From Candidatus Micrarchaeota archaeon (GTDB taxonomy: Archaea; Micrarchaeota; Micrarchaeia; Anstonellales; J096): a stretch of DNA of 33,308 nucleotides. A model generated the notes under the pieces. The model was given only the letters and a program-made list of their open reading frames with translations. It was not told the DNA's origin and ran no database searches. The stretch lies in the NCBI GenBank assembly GCA_025058915.1, contig JANXEC010000002.1:1-33308 (forward strand), read 5' to 3'. Position 1 is the stretch's first letter; every line of letters starts with the position of its first letter. Below are positions 1-6,972 of this stretch, one piece after another. The translations under genes and the position numbers were made by a program.

Positions 1-1560
1 TGGTTTTAGCATGTTCTGAGGAACTCTGCCTTGGAATTCCAAGATGCTGAACATTTTCACATCGAAGACTATGTATTTTACTCTATATTCTCTGAGCAGT
101 TGCTGGGCTAGTTGTCTATCTTCTGAGTACAACATGATTGCAGCGTCTAGATCTCTGTTCGAGAAGTTCAGGAAAGGGAGATGGAATGATTGAGCCCATC
201 TGCTTGTCACAACCTGAGATCCTGTGTAGGAATTTATCAGGAATGATATAGGTTTGTTAGACAACACCACTCCTGGGTCTCTAGATATGATATTTATAGC
301 CTCTACATAACTAGGAATTGTATCCGCCAGCGTAATATTCTTGTAGGTGCTTATGGATTTCAGTCTCTCTGGGAATTCAGAATATAATTCATATATACCT
401 GCTATGATCAGTATTATGCCTGCTATCATTCCATGTTGATTGGAATCTTTGATTCTGTATAACATCCCTAATAATATAAGAGGTTTGAAGACTATCCCTA
501 AGGAGTATGAAGGGACTATGTTTATTCTGAACAGAGCATCTAGTATAGGCGAAGATATCAGTAGAATCACAAAGATTAAAATCATACTGTCTATAGGATC
601 AATCTTGAGATTCCGATAGATTGTAAAGAGATATATGATAATAGGAATTATCATAAGATCATTCAGAAGAAAATCCAATACTTTTTTCACTAGGAACTCC
701 ATCCCTTCTGGTCTAGAATAATTAGGGAAATCCATCCTCATTCTGGGGAAGTAATCTGTTAGATCAATCCTTGTGATTACAATGAACAGGATAGATACAG
801 CGATTGTGATCAACATGAGATTGTTTTTTATGATTCTAACTATACTTCTATTTGTCTGGAACTCTAGCAAGAGTCTATATGCTATGAACATACCTGTAAA
901 TCCAAACAATATGAAATGCGATATGAATGATAGAGCTAAGGACAACCAATATATTCCAGTCTGTAGGAGATACAGAACAATCACAGAGACTATCTGTGAT
1001 GCGAATTCTGTGTATTTCAGGATGTATGGGAAGTTTGAGATTGAGAATAACATTACCCCTAGACTTAGAACAGGTTGATTAGTGATTCTGAATGCAATTA
1101 TATACCAAACTATGTTGAGATAGAGTAAGAAGGTTGATAGATGTTTCATTGTGTCTATTCCATTCATTCCAGAGATCTTCATCCATAATACTGCAAGCCA
1201 TGAATAGATGGGATTGTATGAGAATATCTTGTTAGAATAGTAATGGTTTCCAAACAGATCCAAGGTTCTGTTCATGTAGTTTATCTGACCCAATTGAGCA
1301 TAGTAATCCCCTCCTATTATAGGAGAAGGTAGTTCTTGGACTGTTCTGAGCATTTCAAATGAGGTTGTAGCATAGATAGATGCTAGCAACATACTGATCA
1401 GGAAATACACTCCTCCTTCTCTTCCAAGCCCTATCCATGCCAAGGATATACCGATGAGAGCTACGAGATTGATATATATGTTATCATGTAGTCTAGAGCC
1501 TGTAATAAGAGTAGTGGATATTATGAAGACTATTATAGACACTATTGCAGTCTTCTCCAT
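1..1560 (-). CDS. Large polytopic membrane protein, 3' end runs off the window (>=520 aa). Possibly a GT-C-like glycosyltransferase or envelope-biogenesis protein; function not established.
   Basis: Absent from the ORF track because no stop lies inside the window. Hand reverse-complement translation from the ATG (CAT at 1558-1560) reads MEKTAIVSIIVFIISTTLITGSRLHDNIYINLVALIGISLAWIGLGREGGVYFLISMLLA... It stays open to position 1 (...ILEFQGRVPQNMLKP). There are many hydrophobic segments followed by a more polar C-terminal part. The start overlaps the stop of the upstream gene by 19 nt. The + strand ORF 773..1078 is its antisense shadow. Confidence 0.7.
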   Translation of the reverse strand, partial: MEKTAIVSIIVFIISTTLITGSRLHDNIYINLVALIGISLAWIGLGREGGVYFLISMLLASIYATTSFEMLRTVQELPSPIIGGDYYAQLGQINYMNRTLDLFGNHYYSNKIFSYNPIYSWLAVLWMKISGMNGIDTMKHLSTFLLYLNIVWYIIAFRITNQPVLSLGVMLFSISNFPYILKYTEFASQIVSVIVLYLLQTGIYWLSLALSFISHFILFGFTGMFIAYRLLLEFQTNRSIVRIIKNNLMLITIAVSILFIVITRIDLTDYFPRMRMDFPNYSRPEGMEFLVKKVLDFLLNDLMIIPIIIYLFTIYRNLKIDPIDSMILIFVILLISSPILDALFRINIVPSYSLGIVFKPLILLGMLYRIKDSNQHGMIAGIILIIAGIYELYSEFPERLKSISTYKNITLADTIPSYVEAINIISRDPGVVLSNKPISFLINSYTGSQVVTSRWAQSFHLPFLNFSNRDLDAAIMLYSEDRQLAQQLLREYRVKYIVFDVKMFSILEFQGRVPQNMLKP

Positions 1561-2552
1561 CTTTTACCATCAAAGTAATCTATCCAATCCTTGCTAATAA
1601 CCATGGTTACACTATCCGGTCTTCTGAAACAGTCTGGAAACTCACATATTTGGAATTTATCCCCTAAAGGACCCAGAACCTCTCCAGTCAGAGGATCTAC
1701 AACAAATCCCCACCTTATATCTCTGTAGGAATTCACCTTGATCGATGATATTGCTACACCGCAATGACCCTTATTTTGAGTGTTGAAACACACGACCACA
1801 AACTCATAGTCTTTGCGTCTTGAGAAGAGATGATAGGTGTATCCTTTCACAGTTAAATTATTGTGGATCTTGTACGAAAAGTATTCATAATCAATTATGT
1901 TCACTCTCTTCATTCCCTCAAGCAACATATTTGTATCAAGCGACTCTAGCAGGGCTCTCAGTGCAAGAGCATGATGTTTACAATCTCCTCTACCGATCTC
2001 AAAGAATTTAGATAGGCTGTAGAATTCATCCACCCTACTGATGTATCCGTATTTGTCTCTCATTAAATATGTTGCACAGGGTATGTTGAGAGAGAAGATG
2101 TTTGAACATTCTCTAAGTATTTTTGATCTCAGTTCAGTATCTGAGAAATTTGAATTCTCTCTGAACCATGCTGAGAGATTCTTGAACATCTCCCATTCAG
2201 ATCTATTAGCCTGAGATCTTAGCTCTCTGATTATCTCGATAGAGCGATTGAGTTCTCTAGAGAGATTATCGTAATCTTGTATCAAAGAATCATAGTCTCT
2301 AGATAGATTATTATATAGACTCTGGAGTCGCCTGTAGGATTCGTTCGTATCTCTAATTAATTCTATCAATATCTGATTCTGTTGCCTCTGATCTGCTAAT
2401 TGTTCTGATAGTTCTGAAATGTTCGATCTGAGCATCTGAATTGTATTCATCAACTCATCAATTCTGGCTTGATTCTGTTGTGATGTGGTTATTAGATACA
2501 TCCATGACCCTACAAGCAACAATATCAATCCTATAGTGACATAATTAGTCAT
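1542..2552 (-). CDS. Membrane-anchored coiled-coil protein with a C-terminal transglutaminase-like (papain-fold) cysteine protease domain
   Basis: N-terminal TM helix (VTIGLILLLVGSWMYLI) followed by about 100 aa of Q/L/R/S-rich heptad-like sequence. The C-terminal domain has GRGDCKHHALA (nucleophile motif G-x-C-x2-[HF]-A), then KGHCGVA (His) and FVVDP (Asp), in the order expected for a Cys-His-Asp triad. Confidence 0.55.
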   Translation of the reverse strand: MTNYVTIGLILLLVGSWMYLITTSQQNQARIDELMNTIQMLRSNISELSEQLADQRQQNQILIELIRDTNESYRRLQSLYNNLSRDYDSLIQDYDNLSRELNRSIEIIRELRSQANRSEWEMFKNLSAWFRENSNFSDTELRSKILRECSNIFSLNIPCATYLMRDKYGYISRVDEFYSLSKFFEIGRGDCKHHALALRALLESLDTNMLLEGMKRVNIIDYEYFSYKIHNNLTVKGYTYHLFSRRKDYEFVVVCFNTQNKGHCGVAISSIKVNSYRDIRWGFVVDPLTGEVLGPLGDKFQICEFPDCFRRPDSVTMVISKDWIDYFDGKRWRRLQ

Positions 2553-2555
2553 GTA

Positions 2556-2583
2556 TTTATAATAAAAACATTTTTATAATAAA
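2556..2583. promoter_or_regulatory. Two direct TTTATAATAAA TATA-like boxes in a 34-bp divergent intergenic region
   Basis: Boxes lie at 2556-2566 and 2573-2583. Box 1 is centred about 28 nt upstream of ATG 2587 (+ gene). Box 2, read on the minus strand, is centred about 26 nt upstream of the minus-strand ATG at 2552. Both mRNAs would be leaderless. Confidence 0.45.
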
Positions 2584-2586
2584 CTC

Positions 2587-3768
2587 ATGGAGATTATAGT
2601 AGATCTTCATGTACATGGAAGATATGCAAGAGCAACTTCATCTAGACTAAATCCAAGAACTATGAGGAAGGCTGCTATCCAAAAAGGAGTTAATGTTCTT
2701 GGGACAGGTGATTTTACACACCCAGAATGGTTCAGAGAGTTCAAGGAACTAGAAGAGAGAGATGGCTTGCTGTTCTTAGAGGAATTTCCATTCATGTTGT
2801 CTGTAGAGGTTAATAATGTTTTCGAATACAGAGGGAGGGTTTTGACAATACATAATGTGATAATCACAGATTCTTTGGAATCTGCAGAGCAGATATGTGA
2901 TTATCTGGGTAAATACGGAGATCTAAGTAAGGACGGTAGACCTAATATAAATCTTTCTATGGTTGAAATGATGGATTCGTTGAAATCTATGAATCCCAGA
3001 ACAGAGGTATTTGCAGCTCATATCTGGACACCTTGGTTCTCGATACTTGGAGCAAGAAATGGTCTTAGATCGATATATGAAGTAATAGATAGTAGATTGT
3101 TAGCTGTGGAGACAGGTCTGAGTGCGGATCCTGAGATGACATGGAAAACTCATGCAGGTGATTTTCCAATCATCTCTAATTCAGATGCACACAGTCTAGA
3201 AAACATAGGCAGAGAGGCTACCAAGATAGAGGTAAGTGATCTGTCCTACCAGAGTATAATAAGGAGTATCAGAGAGAGGAAGATACTGAAAACCTATGAA
3301 TTCTACCCTCAGGAAGGGAAGTACTACTACGATGGCCATAGGAATTGTGGAGTGAGTCAACATCCTGATGAATCTATTTCTAATCTGAACATATGCAAGA
3401 AATGTGGTAGAAAACTAACCATAGGAGTTCTGCACAGATCTATGGAATTGAAAGACAACATTAGCAGACCTCATCAGAAATTCCAATATATAATCCCTCT
3501 CAAATCAATCCTTTCATATGTGATGGGGGTGGAGGAATCTAGTAAGAGAGTTGAGAGAGAATACGAGAGAATCATAAAGGTGTATGGAACAGAGATGAAT
3601 GTTTTTGATAGTTATAGTAGAGAGATATTAGTGAGTCTGTTTGGTTCGGAGATGGGTAACAAGATGTATAGGATTCTGAGCGGTGGTATAGATTGGGAAC
3701 CTGGATATGATGGTTTATATGGAAGGTTTAGACTCAAGGAGCAGAATCTCCTAGAGCAACTGAAATGA
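2587..3768 (+). CDS. PHP-domain protein of the endonuclease Q (EndoQ) family with a C-terminal Zn-finger-like CxxC
   Basis: N-terminal PHP metal motif DLHVHGRYARATS. Also GTGDFTHPEW, GRPNINLS, AHIWTPWFS, ETGLSADPEM, ISNSDAHSLENIGRE, CKKCGRK and a terminal GYDGLYG. This pattern matches what I recall of Pyrococcus EndoQ and its homologs. Confidence 0.6.
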   Translation: MEIIVDLHVHGRYARATSSRLNPRTMRKAAIQKGVNVLGTGDFTHPEWFREFKELEERDGLLFLEEFPFMLSVEVNNVFEYRGRVLTIHNVIITDSLESAEQICDYLGKYGDLSKDGRPNINLSMVEMMDSLKSMNPRTEVFAAHIWTPWFSILGARNGLRSIYEVIDSRLLAVETGLSADPEMTWKTHAGDFPIISNSDAHSLENIGREATKIEVSDLSYQSIIRSIRERKILKTYEFYPQEGKYYYDGHRNCGVSQHPDESISNLNICKKCGRKLTIGVLHRSMELKDNISRPHQKFQYIIPLKSILSYVMGVEESSKRVEREYERIIKVYGTEMNVFDSYSREILVSLFGSEMGNKMYRILSGGIDWEPGYDGLYGRFRLKEQNLLEQLK

Positions 3769-4135
3769 TGAATACACTTATGTAGAGCTGTGCAACTGTT
3801 GGTATTCTGTGTTTGTATACAAGAGTTGTGGCTAATATCATAAGGACATAGATAATCAGGAACACAGGGAGATATGTAATATCCTGAAGCAGACTTATAG
3901 AATTAGCTATGTGTAGATAGTCTGATCTATCGACGAAATTTCTACGTATGGCTACAGATATCGTCTCATAGACTATGAACGTGATGGTGAGAGAGACTAT
4001 CCATAGGATATATCTATCTGTGTTTACAAGCACTAGGGATGTTATGAGTAATGACAATGGAAGATTAGGAACAACGTATCGGAGATCGTAATATACTAGT
4101 ATTACCAATGATATAATCAGTAGTTCATATATCAT
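3734..4135 (-). CDS. Small 5-TM membrane protein, possibly a minimal A24-type (prepilin/preflagellin peptidase-like) aspartyl peptidase
   Basis: Five hydrophobic segments. YYDLRYVVPN after TM1 resembles the first Asp motif (D-[LF]-R-x3-[IV]-P-[ND]) of the A24 family. ALGD at the C-terminus resembles the GxGD motif. ATGA overlap with the upstream dUTPase-family gene. Confidence 0.35.
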   Translation of the reverse strand: MIYELLIISLVILVYYDLRYVVPNLPLSLLITSLVLVNTDRYILWIVSLTITFIVYETISVAIRRNFVDRSDYLHIANSISLLQDITYLPVFLIIYVLMILATTLVYKHRIPTVAQLYISVFIISVALGDSAP

Positions 4136-4617
4136 TTACCTCTCTTTGTCCTGTATATTCCTGAATACTCTCTGAAGCTTGACCTAGATCTTAGGAATAC
4201 TATCTGCCCTACTCTAGCATTTCTGTATATTTCAATCCCATTTGGATTGATCACATGCATCAGCATTTCTGCGTATCCTTCAAATCCAGGATCAAACAGG
4301 CCTGAATATATAGCAACACCATTCCTCAGCAATGATGTTCTGGGGAAGAATATACCTAAAGTTCGATTATCTATCTTAAGATACTCGTTCAGAGATATCT
4401 TGTATACTCCTTGTGAGAGATGAGCCTTGTCATCAAACTCTATCTTCAGAGTCTGGGCTAGTTTTCTATGTTTATTATCAAAATCTACCCTGCCATATCC
4501 TATGAAATAATAAACATCTTTCAGAGTCAGATCGATACCAGCCTGCTGTTCCTGAATCTCTCTATCTATATATTCAGATATGATTCTATCAAAAACCTTC
4601 GATGGTGGAACTATCAT
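4132..4617 (-). CDS. dUTPase / dCTP deaminase family protein (short archaeal MJ1102-like type)
   Basis: AGIDLTL, FFPRTSLLRNGV, GLFDPGFEGY and ARVGQIVF are the trimeric dUTPase-fold motifs. The 161-aa length fits the short archaeal type. Confidence 0.7.
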   Translation of the reverse strand: MIVPPSKVFDRIISEYIDREIQEQQAGIDLTLKDVYYFIGYGRVDFDNKHRKLAQTLKIEFDDKAHLSQGVYKISLNEYLKIDNRTLGIFFPRTSLLRNGVAIYSGLFDPGFEGYAEMLMHVINPNGIEIYRNARVGQIVFLRSRSSFREYSGIYRTKRGK

Positions 4618-4637
4618 GCTATTCTTTTTGACTGTAC

Positions 4638-4672
4638 ATTTTTAAAATCCCTACGAAGGTTAGGTTTAAAAA
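4638..4672. promoter_or_regulatory. Divergent promoter pair (ATTTTTAAAAT for the minus gene, TTTAAAAA for the plus operon)
   Basis: 4638-4648 is centred 26 nt from the minus-strand ATG at 4617. 4665-4672 lies about 25-33 nt upstream of the candidate starts at 4693-4702. Confidence 0.45.
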
Positions 4673-4692
4673 GATATTCAGATTAACATTAA

Positions 4693-4896
4693 TTGGTGGA
4701 TATGATGACAAAAGATAAGAAGCCAGAAGAACCAAAACCAAAGAGACCAGAGGATGATAAGAAGAAGCCAGAAGATGAAAAAAAGAAGCCAAAGGACGAG
4801 GAAGAGGATTGGGAGGAGGAGGAAGAGGATTGGGATGAGGATTGGGAGGAAGATTGGGAAGAGGAAGAGGATTGGGAGGAGGAGGAAGAGGAATAG
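4693..4896 (+). CDS. Small (64-67 aa) intrinsically disordered protein with a K/P/E-rich N-half and an acidic (E/D)n-W repeat C-half
   Basis: MVDMMTKDKKPEEPKPKRPEDDKKKPEDEKKKPKDEEEDWEEEEEDWDEDWEEDWEEEEDWEEEEEE. The track start at 4693 is TTG; GTG 4696 and ATG 4702 are alternatives. Its own TATA box lies upstream, and the stop abuts the next ATG (TAG|ATG at 4894-4899). Confidence 0.5.
   Translation: MVDMMTKDKKPEEPKPKRPEDDKKKPEDEKKKPKDEEEDWEEEEEDWDEDWEEDWEEEEDWEEEEEE
4795..4893 (+). repeat. Purine-rich degenerate tandem repeat (GAGGATTGGGAGGA-like) encoding five D-W dipeptides in a poly-E/D background
   Basis: Direct reading shows gaggattggga recurring 5 times. The + strand is almost pure purine from about 4700 to 4895. 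Confidence 0.7.
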
Positions 4897-5388
4897 ATGA
4901 GATTCTATTTCTCATATTTCTATGAATTCTTGAAAAATGGTCTGCTGATATCTATAATAGGTTTAATCCTGTTAATGTTACCTGAGATAGTACAGGCTCT
5001 ATCCGTGAATCTACCATTCGATTTTTTGTATTTTGAGGAAAATTTCTTGGTATTGAGAGGTGTGGGTATATTATTGATATTATTTGCTTTCATCTATAGT
5101 TATCTGAAATTCAAGTTCAGTTTTCTAGATATTACTCCTGAGTATCTATACTATGAAGAAGGTATAATTGCAAAGGTCAGGAAAAAAATACCTTACAAAA
5201 CAATCACAGACATTCAGATGAAGAGATCTGTGTTAGATACTATAATGGGATGGGATTCAATATACATAAACACTGCAGGGAGAGCAGATTATGAATTGAT
5301 TATAAAGGGCATATCTATTGAACATGGCGATCTCATGTTTGAAGAACTGAAGAAGAGAATTTCTGCATCAAATCTGAGCAGAGAATGA
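4897..5388 (+). CDS. Membrane protein with a bacterial-type PH (bPH_2 / YdbS-YdbT-like) domain
   Basis: Two N-terminal TM helices. These are followed by YYEEGIIAKVRKKIPYKTITDIQMKRSVLDTIMGWDSIYINTAG, typical of the bPH_2 domain. Confidence 0.6.
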   Translation: MRFYFSYFYEFLKNGLLISIIGLILLMLPEIVQALSVNLPFDFLYFEENFLVLRGVGILLILFAFIYSYLKFKFSFLDITPEYLYYEEGIIAKVRKKIPYKTITDIQMKRSVLDTIMGWDSIYINTAGRADYELIIKGISIEHGDLMFEELKKRISASNLSRE

Positions 5389-5894
5389 AAATAGGGATTA
5401 CAGGTACTCCTGGAACAGGTAAAACAACCATCTCCAAACTCCTATCGAAAAGGTTGGGTTATAAGTATATAGACATCAAAGATATCGTTAAGCAGAATGG
5501 GTTAGGGAAGGAGGTGGATGTGGAGAGATTGGAAGAGATTCTTAGAGAGATCTTGAGAGGGAGAGATGATTATGTGGTAGAGAGCCATCTGCTTGTTGAA
5601 ATGAACATAGATCTGGATATTATAATAGTACTGAGGGCATCGTACAGAGCACTTCTGAGGAGATACAGAGTTAGAGGATATGATGCAGAGACAATCTGGG
5701 AAAATATTGCTGCAGAGGTTCAGGATTATTTTGTTACAAAACTAGAGAACAGAAAGTACATACAGATAGATACTACTGCCAAGAGACCTGAACAGGTAGT
5801 AGAGACTATAATTAAATACATACAGACTGGCAGAAGTGATAGTGTAGATTGGACCAGAGATCTGATGAATCTAGCACTAAGACGCAAAATATAG
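5385..5894 (+). CDS. Fap7 / AK6-like putative adenylate kinase (ribosome-biogenesis NTPase)
   Basis: MKIGITGTPGTGKTT P-loop at the N-terminus. The 169-aa length and overall pattern match the archaeal Fap7-like kinase. ATGA overlap with the upstream gene. Confidence 0.7.
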   Translation: MKIGITGTPGTGKTTISKLLSKRLGYKYIDIKDIVKQNGLGKEVDVERLEEILREILRGRDDYVVESHLLVEMNIDLDIIIVLRASYRALLRRYRVRGYDAETIWENIAAEVQDYFVTKLENRKYIQIDTTAKRPEQVVETIIKYIQTGRSDSVDWTRDLMNLALRRKI

Positions 5895-5935
5895 TTTTTA
5901 AAATCTATTCTATTGAATAATAAACGTGATTTGTG

Positions 5936-6478
5936 ATGGAGAACATTAGAGAGGAACTAGACAGGCTCAAAGATGAGAGGAAAGAGATATTCTTCCATCT
6001 AAAAGAAGTAGAGGAGAACCTTGGATATTTGATCAAGGAGAAAGAGTACCTCCAACCAAGTGTAGATAAGTTCAATGAGATGAAACTGTACGATCTGAAG
6101 AGAAAACAGAAGAGGTTAGAATATTTGCTTGTTACTCAATCCAAAAATGCAAAGAACGAGAAGAAATACCTAGATAAACTTATTAGTATAGAGAGAAAAC
6201 TGAAGGAGTATGCACATCTGTTTGAGGCTCGGACTAGATATAACATAGTCATAAAACAGATAGAGACCTTAGAGAAACAGAGGGATGAGCTGAAACAGAA
6301 GATACAGGAGCTAGATAATAAAATAAATGAACATCTGAAGGCACTCAAATCCAACATGCCTAAGAGGAGAAAGAGAGAAAAACCTGAAATTGACGTAGAG
6401 AATCAAGAGACTGATGATGAGAGCATAGGTAAGAATTACGTATCTCTAGAGGATCTGATCAGTCAAGACACTAAATAA
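5936..6478 (+). CDS. Coiled-coil protein of unknown function with a basic/acidic tail
   Basis: E/K/L-rich heptad-like sequence throughout. The track start at 5933 is GTG and the first ATG is at 5936. A TTTTTAAAA box at 5895-5903 overlaps the end of the upstream gene. Confidence 0.6.
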   Translation: MENIREELDRLKDERKEIFFHLKEVEENLGYLIKEKEYLQPSVDKFNEMKLYDLKRKQKRLEYLLVTQSKNAKNEKKYLDKLISIERKLKEYAHLFEARTRYNIVIKQIETLEKQRDELKQKIQELDNKINEHLKALKSNMPKRRKREKPEIDVENQETDDESIGKNYVSLEDLISQDTK

Positions 6479-6514
6479 TTTAAAAACATACAGAGTTTAT
6501 AAATTGGTGATCGT

Positions 6515-6907
6515 ATGGAAAATAAGATCAGTGCTGAAAGAATCCTAGCATATATAGTGGATCTAATAGTAATAATTATAATAAGTTTTGTAGTGAGCAT
6601 TGGATTTGGTATCTTGGGATTCATACTGTTCTTCATTGCACCCCTGATGTTCCTTATATCTACGTTAGTCTCTCTGTTTATTCCTCTTGTGTACTTCTAC
6701 GTCACAGAGTATGGATTTGGTCGAACTGTTGGACACGCAATCTTCGGATTGGCGGTTACAGGATATCAAAATGCTAGTTTGGGGAACAGATTGAAGAGGA
6801 CATTACTTAAATACCCTCTCATAGCCCTTATTGTATTCCTGTATAGTTTGATCAGTGATAGATATCTCCACGAAGAAATATCAGGTATCAAGACTCAGAA
6901 GATCTGA
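6515..6907 (+). CDS. RDD-family membrane protein
   Basis: ERILAYIVDLIV (R...D), three TM segments, GRTVGHAIFGLAV and a C-terminal LHEEISG are arranged as in RDD-domain proteins. GGTGA lies 5 nt upstream of the ATG. Confidence 0.6.
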   Translation: MENKISAERILAYIVDLIVIIIISFVVSIGFGILGFILFFIAPLMFLISTLVSLFIPLVYFYVTEYGFGRTVGHAIFGLAVTGYQNASLGNRLKRTLLKYPLIALIVFLYSLISDRYLHEEISGIKTQKI

Positions 6908-6941
6908 TGATCAGGTTGAATAGTAAAATTTCCCTAAGATA

Positions 6942-6951
6942 GTTTTTAAAG
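6942..6951 (+). promoter_or_regulatory. TATA-like box GTTTTTAAAG for the thiolase gene
   Basis: Centred about 27 nt upstream of ATG 6973. Confidence 0.4.
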
Positions 6952-6972
6952 ATATCTCAGATAATACACAGC

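Noticed and set aside
773-1078. 101-aa plus-strand ORF listed in the track as the only ORF in the first 1.5 kb
   Set aside because: It has a GTG start and no motifs. It lies entirely inside the long open minus-strand reading frame (1-1560) that encodes a coherent multi-TM protein coupled to the upstream gene.
1542-2552. RGD tripeptide (GRGDC) as an integrin-type adhesion motif
   Set aside because: The RGD overlaps the predicted catalytic-Cys motif of the transglutaminase-like domain. A three-residue match has no significance on its own in an archaeon.
4619-4915. 98-aa minus-strand ORF with a striking proline-rich repeat (PPPPNPLPLPNLPPNPHPNPLPPPP)
   Set aside because: It is the exact antisense of the purine-rich acidic DW-repeat gene, and GAG/GAT/TGG read backwards give CTC/ATC/CCA. 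It would run through the divergent promoter region and into the dUTPase-family gene start, and it has no promoter or SD of its own.
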